Shown here: piece after piece, positions 52,401-64,000 of the stretch
Position numbering within the stretch: the stretch's first letter is position 1
How the letters are laid out: each line of letters opens with the position of its first letter
NCBI GenBank assembly: GCA_040954595.2
Contig: CM082584.2
Coordinates: 12,497,066-12,561,065, forward strand
Source of the DNA: Balanoglossus misakiensis
Taxonomy: Eukaryota > Animalia > Hemichordata
Length of the DNA stretch: 64,000 bases
Reading direction: 5' to 3'
Notes under the pieces: generated by a model
Databases searched by the model: none
The model's input: the letters and a program-made list of their open reading frames with translations, nothing else
What the model was told of the DNA's origin: nothing
Made by a program: the position numbers and the translations under genes

Positions 52401-55400
52401 AATCTTCGAATTTTGACGATTTTCCTGAGCTATAACCCATGGTTTTTTCAAAAAATGACCAAATTTTCAAAATTCGCAAAGTCCGAAAATCTTCGAATTT
52501 TGACGATTTTCCTGAGCTATAACCCATGGTTTTTTCAAAAAATGACCAAATTTTCAAAATTCGCAAAGTCCGAAAATCTTCGAATTTTGACGATTTTCCT
52601 GAGCTATAACCCATGGTTTTTTTCAAAAAATGACCAAATTTTCAAAGTTCGCAAAGTCCGAAAATCTTCGATTTTTGACGATTTTCCTGAGCTATAACCC
52701 ATGGTTTTTTCAAAAAATGACCAAATTTTCAAAATTCGCAAAGTCCGAAAATCTTCGATTTTTGACGATTTTCCTGAGCTATAACCCATGGTTTTTTCAA
52801 AAAATGACCAAATTTTCAAAATTCGCAAAGTCGACAAATCTTCGATTTTTGACGATTTTCCTGAGCTATAACCCATGGTTTTTTCAAAAAATGACCAAAT
52901 TTTCAAAATTCGCAAAGTCGACAAATCTTCGATTTTTGACGATTTTCCTGAGCTATAACCCATGGTTTTTTTCAAAAAATGACCAAATTTTCAAAATTCG
53001 CAAAGTCCGAAAATCTTCGATTTTTGACGATTTTCCTGAGCTATAACCCATGGTTTTTTCAAAAAATGACCAAATTTTCAAAATTCGCAAAGTCCGAAAA
53101 TCTTCGATTTTTGACGATTTTCCTGAGCTATAACCCATGGTTTTTTCAAAAAATGACCAAATTTTCAAAATTCGCAAAGTCGACAAATCTTCGATTTTTG
53201 ACGATTTTCCTGAGCTATAACCCATGGTTTTTTCAAAAAATGACCAAATTTTCAAAATTCGCAAAGTCGACAAATCTTCGATTTTTGACGATTTTCCTGA
53301 GCTATAACCCATGGTTTTTTTCAAAAAATGACCAAATTTTCAAAATTCGCAAAGTCCGAAAATCTTCGATTTTTGACGATTTTCCTGAGCTATAACCCAT
53401 GGTTTTTTCAAAAAATGACCAAATTTTCAAAATTCGCAAAGTCCGAAAATCTTCGATTTTTGACGATTTTCCTGAGCTATAACCCATGGTTTTTTCAAAA
53501 AATGACCAAATTTTCAAAATTCGCAAAGTCCGAAAATCTTCGATTTTTGACGATTTTCCTGAGCTATAACCCATGGTTTTTTTCAAAAAATGACCAAATT
53601 TTCAAAATTCGCAAAGTCCGAAAATCTTCGAATTTTGACGATTTTCCTGAGCTATAACCCATGGTTTTTTCAAAAAATGACCAAATTTTCAAAATTCGCA
53701 AAGTCCGAAAATCTTCGATTTTTGACGATTTTCCTGAGCTATAACCCATGGTTTTTTCAAAAAATGACCAAATTTTCAAAATTCGCAAAGTCCGAAAATC
53801 TTCGATTTTTGACGATTTTCCTGAGCTATAACCCATGGTTTTTTCAAAAAATGACCAAATTTTCAAAATTCGCAAAGTCCGAAAATCTTCGATTTTTGAC
53901 GATTTTCCTGAGCTATAACCCATGGTTTTTTCAAAAAATGACCAAATTTTCAAAATTCGCAAAGTCCGAAAATCTTCGATTTTTGACGATTTTCCTGAGC
54001 TATAACCCATGGTTTTTTCAAAAAATGACCAAATTTTCAAAATTCGCAAAGTCCGAAAATCTTCGATTTTTGACGATTTTCCTGAGCTATAACCCATGGT
54101 TTTTTCAAAAAATGACCAAATTTTCAAAATTCGCAAAGTCCGAAAATCTTCGATTTTTGACGATTTTCCTGAGCTATAACCCATGGTTTTTTCAAAAAAT
54201 GACCAAATTTTCAAAATTCGCAAAGTCCGAAAATCTTCGAATTTTGACGATTTTCCTGAGCTATAACCCATGGTTTTTTCAAAAAATGACCAAATTTTCA
54301 AAATTCGCAAAGTCCGAAAATCTTCGATTTTTGACGATTTTCCTGAGCTATAACCCATGGTTTTTTCAAAAAATGACCAAATTTTCAAAATTCGCAAAGT
54401 CCGAAAATCTTCGATTTTTGACGATTTTCCTGAGCTATAACCCATGGTTTTTTCAAAAAATGACCAAATTTTCAAAATTCGCAAAGTCCGAAAATCTTCG
54501 ATTTTTGACGATTTTCCTGAGCTATAACCCATGGTTTTTTCAAAAAATGACCAAATTTTCAAAATTCGCAAAGTCCGAAAATCTTCGAATTTTGACGATT
54601 TTCCTGAGCTATAACCCATGGTTTTTTCAAAAAATGACCAAATTTTCAAAATTCGCAAAGTCCGAAAATCTTCGATTTTTGACGATTTTCCTGAGCTATA
54701 ACCCATGGTTTTTTCAAAAAATGACCAAATTTTCAAAATTCGCAAAGTCCGAAAATCTTCGAATTTTGACGATTTTCCTGAGCTATAACCCATGGTTTTT
54801 TTCAAAAAATGACCAAATTTTCAAAATTCGCAAAGTCCGAAAATCTTCGATTTTTGACGATTTTCCTGAGCTATAACCCATGTTTTTTTCAAAAAATGAC
54901 CAAATTTTCAAAATTCGCAAAGTCCGAAAATCTTCGATTTTTGACGATTTTCCTGAGCTATAACCCATGGTTTTTTCAAAAAATGACCAAATTTTCAAAA
55001 TTCGCAAAGTCCGAAAATCTTCGATTTTTGACGATTTTCCTGAGCTATAACCCATGTTTTTTTCAAAAAATGACCAAATTTTCAAAATTCGCAAAGTCCG
55101 AAAATCTTCGATTTTTGACGATTTTCCTGAGCTATAACCCATGGTTTTTTCAAAAAATGACCAAATTTTCAAAATTCGCAAAGTCCGAAAATCTTCGAAT
55201 TTTGACGATTTTCCTGAGCTATAACCCATGGTTTTTTCAAAAAATGACCAAATTTTCAAAATTCGCAAAGTCCGAAAATCTTCGCATTTTGACGATTTTC
55301 CTGAGCTATAACCCATGGTTTTTTCAAAAAATGACCAAATTTTCAAAATTCGCAAAGTCCGAAAATCTTCGAATTTTGACGATTTTCCTGAGCTATAACC

Positions 55401-58400
55401 CATGGTTTTTTCAAAAAATGACCAAATTTTCAAAATTCGCAAAGTCCGAAAATCTTCGATTTTGACGATTTTCCTGAGCTATAACCCATGGTTTTTTCAA
55501 AAAATGACCAAATTTTCAAAATTCGCAAAGTCCGAAAATCTTCGATTTTTGACGATTTTCCTGAGCTATAACCCATGGTTTTTTCAAAAAATGACCAAAT
55601 TTTCAAAATTCGCAAAGTCCGAAAATCTTCGATTTTTGACGATTTTCCTGAGCTATAACCCATGGTTTTTTCAAAAAATGACCAAATTTTCAAAATTCGC
55701 AAAGTCGACAAATCTTCGATTTTTGACGATTTTCCTGAGCTATAACCCATGGTTTTTTCAAAAAATGACCAAATTTTCAAAATTCGCAAAGTCCGACAAA
55801 TCTTCGATTTTTGACGATTTTCCTGAGCTATAACCCATGGTTTTTTCAAAAAATGACCAAATTTTCAAAATTCGCAAAGTCCGAAAATCTTCGATTTTTG
55901 ACGATTTTCCTGAGCTATAACCCATGGTTTTTTCAAAAAATGACCAAATTTTCAAAATTCGCAAAGTCCGAAAATCTTCGAATTTTGACGATTTTCCTGA
56001 GCTATAACCCATGGTTTTTTCAAAAAATGACCAAATTTTCAAAATTCGCAAAGTCCGAAAATCTTCGATTTTTGACGATTTTCCTGAGCTATAACCCATG
56101 GTTTTTTCAAAAAATGACCAAATTTTCAAAATTCGCAAAGTCCGAAAATCTTCGATTTTTGACGATTTTCCTGAGCTATAACCCATGGTTTTTTCAAAAA
56201 ATGACCAAATTTTCAAAATTCGCAAAGTCCGAAAATCTTCGATTTTTGACGATTTTCCTGAGCTATAACCCATGGTTTTTTCAAAAAATGACCAAATTTT
56301 CAAAATTCGCAAAGTCCGAAAATCTTCGATTTTTGACGATTTTCCTGAGCTATAACCCATGGTTTTTTCAAAAAATGACCAAATTTTCAAAATTCGCAAA
56401 GTCCGAAAATCTTCGATTTTTGACGATTTTCCTGAGCTATAACCCATGGTTTTTTCAAAAAATGACCAAATTTTCAAAATTCGCAAAGTCCGAAAATCTT
56501 CGATTTTTGACGATTTTCCTGAGCTATAACCCATGGTTTTTTCAAAAAATGACCAAATTTTCAAAATTCGCAAAGTCCGAAAATCTTCGATTTTTGACGA
56601 TTTTCCTGAGCTATAACCCATGGTTTTTTCAAAAAATGACCAAATTTTCAAAATTCGCAAAGTCCGAAAATCTTCGATTTTTGACGATTTTCCTGAGCTA
56701 TAACCCATGGTTTTTTCAAAAAATGACCAAATTTCAAAATTCGCAAAGTCCGAAAATCTTCGATTTTTGACGATTTTCCTGAGCTATAACCCATGGTTTT
56801 TTCAAAAAATGACCAAATTTTCAAAATTCGCAAAGTCCGAAAATCTTCGATTTTTGACGATTTTCCTGAGCTATAACCCATGGTTTTTTCAAAAAATGAC
56901 CAAATTTTCAAAATTCGCAAAGTCCGAAAATCTTCGATTTTTGACGATTTTCCTGAGCTATAACCCATGGTTTTTTCAAAAAATGACCAAATTTTCAAAA
57001 TTCGCAAAGTCCGAAAATCTTCGAATTTTGACGATTTTCCTGAGCTATAACCCATGGTTTTTTTCAAAAAATGACCAAATTTTCAAAATTCGCAAAGTCC
57101 GAAAATCTTCGATTTTGACGATTTTCCTGAGCTATAACCCATGGTTTTTTTCAAAAAATGACCAAATTTCAAAATTCGCAAAGTCCGAAAATCTTCGAAT
57201 TTTGACGAGTTTTCCTGAGCTATAACCCATGGTTTTTTTCAAAAAATTGGGGCCAAAATTTTCAAATTCCCGCCAAAGGTCCGAAAATCTTCGAATTTTG
57301 ACTTTTCCTGAGCTATAACCCATGGTTTTTTCAAAAAATGACCAAATTTTCAAAATTCGCAAAGTCCGAAAATCTTCGAATTTTGACGATTTTCCTGAGC
57401 TATAACCCATGGTTTTTTCAAAAAATGACCAAATTTTCAAAATTCGCAAAGTCCGAAAATCTTCGATTTTTGAAGATTTTCCTGAGCTATAACCCATGGT
57501 TTTTTCAAAAAATGACCAAATTTTCAAAATTCGCAAAGTCCGAAAATCTTCGATTTTTGACGATTTTCCTGAGCTATAACCCATGGTTTTTTCAAAAAAT
57601 GACCAAATTTTCAAAATTCGCAAAGTCCGAAAATCTTCGATTTTTGACGATTTTCCTGAGCTATAACCCATGTTTTTTTCAAAAAATGACCAAATTTTCA
57701 AAATTCGCAAAGTCCGAAAATCTTCGATTTTTGACGATTTTCCTGAGCTATAACCCATGGTTTTTTCAAAAAATGACCAAATTTTCAAAATTCGCAAAGT
57801 CCGAAAATCTTCGAATTTTGACGATTTTCCTGAGCTATAACCCATGGTTTTTTCAAAAAATGACCGAATTTTCAAAATTCGCAAAGTCCGAAAATCTTCG
57901 AATTTTGACGATTTTCCTGAGCTATAACCCATGGTTTTTTCAAAAAATGACCAAATTTTCAAAATTCGCAAAGTCCGAAAATCTTCGAATTTTGACGATT
58001 TTCCTGAGCTATAACCCATGGTTTTTTCAAAAAATGACCAAATTTTCAAAATTCGCAAAGTCCGAAAATCTTCGAATTATGACGATTTTCCTGAGCTATA
58101 ACCCATGGTTTTTTTCAAAAAATGACCAAATTTTCAAAATTCGCAAAGTCCGAAAATCTTCGAATTTTGACGATTTTCCTGAGCTATAACCCATGGTTTT
58201 TTCAAAAAATGACCAAATTTTCAAATTCGCAAAGTCCGAAAATCTTCGAATTTTGACGATTTTCCTGAGCTATAACCCATGGTTTTTTTCAAAAAATGAC
58301 CAAATTTTCAAATTCGCAAAGTCCGAAAATCTTCGAATTTTGACGATTTTCCTGAGCTATAACCCATGGTTTTTTCAAAAAATGACCAAATTTTCAAAAT

Positions 58401-61400
58401 TCGCAAAGTCCGAAAATCTTCGAATTTTGACGATTTTCCTGAGCTATAACCCATGGTTTTTTTCAAAAAATGACCAAATTTTCAAAATTCGCAAAGTCCG
58501 AAAATCTTCGATTTTTGACGATTTTCCTGAGCTATAACCCATGGTTTTTTCAAAAAATGACCAAATTTTCAAAATTCGCAAAGTCCGAAAATCTTCGATT
58601 TTTGACGATTTTCCTGAGCTATAACCCATGGTTTTTTCAAAAAATGACCAAATTTTCAAAATTCGCAAAGTCCGAAAATCTTCGATTTTTGACGATTTTC
58701 CTGAGCTATAACCCATGTTTTTTTCAAAAAATGACCAAATTTTCAAAATTCGCAAAGTCCGAAAATCTTCGATTTTTGATGATTTTCCTGAGCTATAACC
58801 CATGGTTTTTTTCAAAAAATGACCAAATTTTCAAAATTCGCAAAGTCCGAAAATCTTCGAATTTTGACGATTTTCCTGAGCTATAACCCATGGTTTTTTC
58901 AAAAAATGACCGAATTTTCAAAATTCGCAAAGTCCGAAAATCTTCGAATTTTGACGATTTTCCTGAGCTATAACCCATGGTTTTTTCAAAAAATGACCAA
59001 ATTTTCAAAATTCGCAAAGTCCGAAAATCTTCGAATTTTGACGATTTTCCTGAGCTATAACCCATGGTTTTTTCAAAAAATGACCAAATTTTCAAAATTC
59101 GCAAAGTCCGAAAATCTTCGAATTTTGACGATTTTCCTGAGCTATAACCCATGGTTTTTTTCAAAAAATGACCAAATTTTCAAAATTCGCAAAGTCCGAA
59201 AATCTTCGATTTTTGACGATTTTCCTGAGCTATAACCCATGGTTTTTTCAAAAAATGACCAAATTTTCAAAATTCGCAAAGTCCGAAAATCTTCGATTTT
59301 TGACGATTTTCCTGAGTTATAACCCATGGTTTTTTCAAAAAATGACCAAATTTTCAAAATTCGCAAAGTCCGAAAATCTTCGATTTTTGACGATTTTCCT
59401 GAGCTATAACCCATGGTTTTTTCAAAAAATGACCAAATTTTCAAAATTCGCAAATTCCGAAAATCTTCGATTTTTGACGATTTTCCTGAGCTATAACCCA
59501 TGGTTTTTTTCAAAAAATGACCAAATTTTCAAAATTCGCAAAGTCCGAAAATCTTCGATTTTTGACGATTTTCCTGAGCTATAACCCATGGTTTTTTCAA
59601 AAAATGACCAAATTTTCAAAATTCGCAAAGTCCGAAAATCTTCGATTTTTGACGATTTTCCTGAGCTATAACCCATGGTTTTTTCAAAAAATGACCAAAT
59701 TTTCAAAATTCGCAAAGTCCGAAAATCTTCGAATTTTGACGATTTTCCTGAGCTATAACCCATGGTTTTTTCAAAAAATGACCAAATTTTCAAAATTCGC
59801 AAAGTCCGAAAATCTTCGATTTTTGACGATTTTCCTGAGCTATAACCCATGGTTTTTTCAAAAATGACCAAATTTTCAAAATTCGCAAAGTCCGAAAATC
59901 TTCGATTTTTGACGATTTTCCTCAGCTATAACCCATGGTTTTTTCAAAAAATGACCAAATTTTCAAAATTCGCAAAGTCCGAAAATCTTCGATTTTTGAC
60001 GATTTTCCTGAGCTATAACCCATGGTTTTTTCAAAAAATGACCAAATTTTCAAAATTCGCAAAGTCCGAAAATCTTCGAATTTTGACGATTTTCCTGAGC
60101 TATAACCCATGTTTTTTTCAAAAAATGACCGAATTTTCAAAATTCGCAAAGTCCGAAAATCTTCGAATTTTGACGATTTTCCTGAGCTATAACCCATGGT
60201 TTTTTCAAAAAATGACCAAATTTTCAAAATTCGCAAAGTCCGAAAATCTTCGAATTTTGACGATTTTCCTGAGCTATAACCCATGGTTTTTTCAAAAAAT
60301 GACCAAATTTTCAAAATTCGCAAAGTCCGAAAATCTTCGAATTTTGACGATTTTCCTGAGCTATAACCCATGGTTTTTTTCAAAAAATGACCAAATTTTC
60401 AAATTCGCAAAGTCCGAAAATCTTCGAATTTTGACGATTTTCCTGAGCTATAACCCATGGTTTTTTCAAAAAATGACCAAATTTTCCAAATTCGCAAAGT
60501 CCGAAAATCTTCGAATTTTGACGATTTTCCTGAGCTATAACCCATGTTTTTTTTCAAAAAATGACCAAATTTTCAAAATTCGCAAAGTCCGAAAATCTTC
60601 GAATTTTGACGATTTTCCTGAGCTATAACCCATGGTTTTTTCAAAAAATGACCAAATTTTCAAAATTCGCAAAGTCCGAAAATCTTCGAATTTTGACGAT
60701 TTTCCTGAGCTATAACCCATGGTTTTTTCAAAAAATGACCAAATTTTCCAAATTCGCAAAGTCCGAAAATCTTCGAATTTTGACGATTTTCCTGAGCTAT
60801 AACCCATGGTTTTTTCAAAAAATGACCAAATTTTCAAAATTCGCAAAGTCCGAAAATCTTCGAATTTTGACGATTTTCCTGAGCTATAACCCATGGTTTT
60901 TTTCAAAAAATGACCAAATTTTCAAAATTCGCAAAGTCCGAAAATCTTCGAATTTTGACGATTTTCCTGAGCTATAACCCATGGTTTTTTCAAAAAATGA
61001 CCAAATTTTCCAAATTCGCAAAGTCCGAAAATCTTCGAATTTTGACGATTTTCCTGAGCTATAACCCATGTTTTTTTTCAAAAAATGACCAAATTTTCAA
61101 AATTCGCAAAGTCCGAAAATCTTCGAATTTTGACGATTTTCCTGAGCTATAACCCATGGTTTTTTCAAAAAATGACCAAATTTTCAAAATTCGCAAAGTC
61201 CGAAAATCTTCGAATTTTGACGATTTTCCTGAGCTATAACCCATGGTTTTTTCAAAAAATGACCAAATTTTCAAAATTCGCAAAGTCCGAAAATCTTCGA
61301 ATTTTGACGATTTTCCTGAGCTATAACCCATGGTTTTTTCAAAAAATGACCAAATTTTCAAAATTCGCAAAGTCCGAAAATCTTCGAATTTTGACGATTT

Positions 61401-64000
61401 TCCTGAGCTATAACCCATGGTTTTTTTCAAAAAATGACCAAATTTTCAAAATTCGCAAAGTCCGAAAATCTTCGATTTTTGACGATTTTCCTGAGCTATA
61501 ACCCATGGTTTTTTCAAAAAATGACCAAATTTTCAAAATTCGCAAAGTCCGAAAATCTTCGATTTTTGACGATTTTCCTGAGTTATAACCCATGGTTTTT
61601 TCAAAAAATGACCAAATTTTCAAAATTCGCAAAGTCCGAAAATCTTCGATTTTTGACGATTTTCCTGAGCTATAACCCATGGTTTTTTCAAAAAATGACC
61701 AAATTTTCAAAATTCGCAAATTCCGAAAATCTTCGATTTTTGACGATTTTCCTGAGCTATAACCCATGGTTTTTTCAAAAAATGACCAAATTTTCAAAAT
61801 TCGCAAAGTCCGAAAATCTTCGATTTTTGACGATTTTCCTGAGCTATAACCCATGGTTTTTTCAAAAAATGACCAAATTTTCAAAATTCGCAAAGTCCGA
61901 AAATCTTCGATTTTTGACGATTTTCCTGAGCTATAACCCATGGTTTTTTCAAAAAATGACCAAATTTTCAAAATTCGCAAAGTCCGAAAATCTTCGAATT
62001 TGACGATTTTCCTGAGCTATAACCCATGGTTTTTTCAAAAAATGACCAAATTTTCAAAATTCGCAAAGTCCGAAAATCTTCGATTTTTGACGATTTTCCT
62101 GAGCTATAACCCATGGTTTTTTCAAAAAATGACCAAATTTTCAAAATTCGCAAAGTCCGAAAATCTTCGATTTTTGACGATTTTCCTCAGCTATAACCCA
62201 TGGTTTTTTCAAAAAATGACCAAATTTTCAAAATTCGCAAAGTCCGAAAATCTTCGATTTTTGACGATTTTCCTGAGCTATAACCCATGGTTTTTTCAAA
62301 AAATGACCAAATTTTCAAAATTCGCAAAGTCCGAAAATCTTCGAATTTTGACGATTTTCCTGAGCTATAACCATGGTTTTTTCAAAAAATGACCGAATTT
62401 TCAAAATTCGCAAAGTCCGAAAATCTTCGAATTTTGACGATTTTCCTGAGCTATAACCCATGGTTTTTTTCAAAAAATGACCAAATTTTCAAAATTCGCA
62501 AAGTCCGAAAATCTTCGAATTTTTGACGATTTTCCTGAGCTATAACCCATGGTTTTTTCAAAAAATGACCAAATTTTCAAAATTCGCAAAGTCCGAAAAT
62601 CTTCGAATTTTGACGATTTTCCTGAGCTATAACCCATGGTTTTTTCAAAAAATGACCAAATTTTCAAAATTCGCAAAGTCCGAAAATCTTCGAATTTTGA
62701 CGATTTTCCTGAGCTATAACCCATGGTTTTTTCAAAAAATGACCAAATTTTCAAAATTCGCAAAGTCCGAAAATCTTCGATTTTTGACGATTTTCCTGAG
62801 CTATAACCCATGGTTTTTTCAAAAAATGACCAAATTTTCAAAATTCGCAAAGTCCGAAAATCTTCGATTTTTGACGATTTTCCTGAGCTATAACCCATGG
62901 TTTTTTCAAAAAATGACCAAATTTTCAAAATTCGCAAAGTCCGAAAATCTTCGATTTTTGATGATTTTCCTGAGTTATAACCCATGGTTTTTTCAAAAAA
63001 TGACCAAATTTTCAAAATTCGCAAAGTCCGAAAATCTTCGATTTTTGACGATTTTCCTGAGCTATAACCCATGGTTTTTTCAAAAAATGACCAAATTTTC
63101 AAAATTCGCAAAGTCCGAAAATGTTCGATTTTTGACGATTTTCCTGAGCTATAACCCATGGTTTTTTCAAAAAATGACCAAATTTTTCAAAATTCGCAAA
63201 GTTCGAAAATCTTCGATTTTTGACGATTTTCCTGAGCTATAACCCATGGTTTTTTCAAAAAATGACCAAATTTTCAAAATTCGCAAAGTCCGAAAATCTT
63301 CGATTTTTGACGATTTTCCTGAGCTATAACCCATGGTTTTTTCAAAAAATGACCAAATTTTCAAAATTCGCAAAGTCCGAAAATCTTCGAATTTTGACGA
63401 TTTTCCTGAGCTATAACCCATGGTTTTTTCAAAAAATGACCAAATTTTCAAAATTCGCAAAGTCCGAAAATCTTCGATTTTTGACGATTTTCCTGAGCTA
63501 TAACCCATGGTTTTTTCAAAAAATGACCAAATTTTCAAAATTCGCAAAGTCCGAAAATCTTCGATTTTGACGATTTTCCTGAGCTATAACCCATGGTTTT
63601 TTCAAAAAATGACCAAATTTTCAAAATTCGCAAAGTCCGAAAATCTTCGATTTTTGACGATTTTCCTGAGCTATAACCCATGGTTTTTTCAAAAAATGAC
63701 CAAATTTTCAAAATTCGCAAAGTCCGAAAATCTTCGAATTTTGACGATTTTCCTGAGCTATAACCCATGGTTTTTTCAAAAAATGACCAAATTTTCAAAA
63801 TTCGCAAAGTCCGAAAATCTTCGATTTTTGACGATTTTCCTGAGCTATAACCCATGGTTTTTTCAAAAAATGACCAAATTTTCAAAATTCGCAAAGTCCG
63901 AAAATCTTCGAATTTTGACGATTTTCCTGAGCTATAACCCATGGTTTTTTCAAAAAAGACCAAATTTTCAAAATTCGCAAAGTCCGAAAATCTTCGAATT
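43451..64000. repeat. 87-bp satellite DNA array (~236 monomers, continues beyond the window)
   Basis: Consensus GAGCTATAACCCATGGTTTTTTCAAAAAATGACCAAATTTTCAAAATTCGCAAAGTCCGAAAATCTTCGATTTTTGACGATTTTCCT repeated head-to-tail with a few recurrent variants. Confidence 0.99.

Noticed and set aside
57200-57310. Strongly aberrant monomer as an insertion or new repeat variant
   Set aside because: Clustered indels and doubled bases in a single unit look like sequencing or consensus error.
43660-63963. Dozens of long ORFs in the ORF track as protein-coding genes
   Set aside because: They arise from an 87-bp (3n) tandem unit, occur on both strands, are broken by recurrent homopolymer indels, and show no sign of coding constraint.
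43451-64000. CRISPR-like array
   Set aside because: There are no unique spacers and no cas genes, and the context is eukaryotic; it is a head-to-tail satellite.

Overview
Intron-rich animal genomic DNA, probably from an invertebrate. The first ~39 kb is a compact gene cluster: a FANCC orthologue (minus strand, running off the left edge) head-to-head with a complete SMARCA2/4 (Brahma/BRG1) gene; an intronless class A GPCR with an NRY motif; alpha-N-acetylglucosaminidase (NAGLU, minus strand) head-to-head with an SSUH2-like zinc-finger gene. Several non-autonomous DNA-transposon-like inserts lie in introns. From ~43.45 kb to the end is a >20 kb array of an 87-bp satellite with higher-order repeat structure; the long ORFs called there are most likely artefacts of the repeat. 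The most notable observation is a pair of intact, paralogous, equal-length (160 nt) tandem exons in NAGLU whose frame makes them mutually exclusive, predicting two enzyme isoforms. All gene identities come from manual translation and recalled family motifs; no database search was run.
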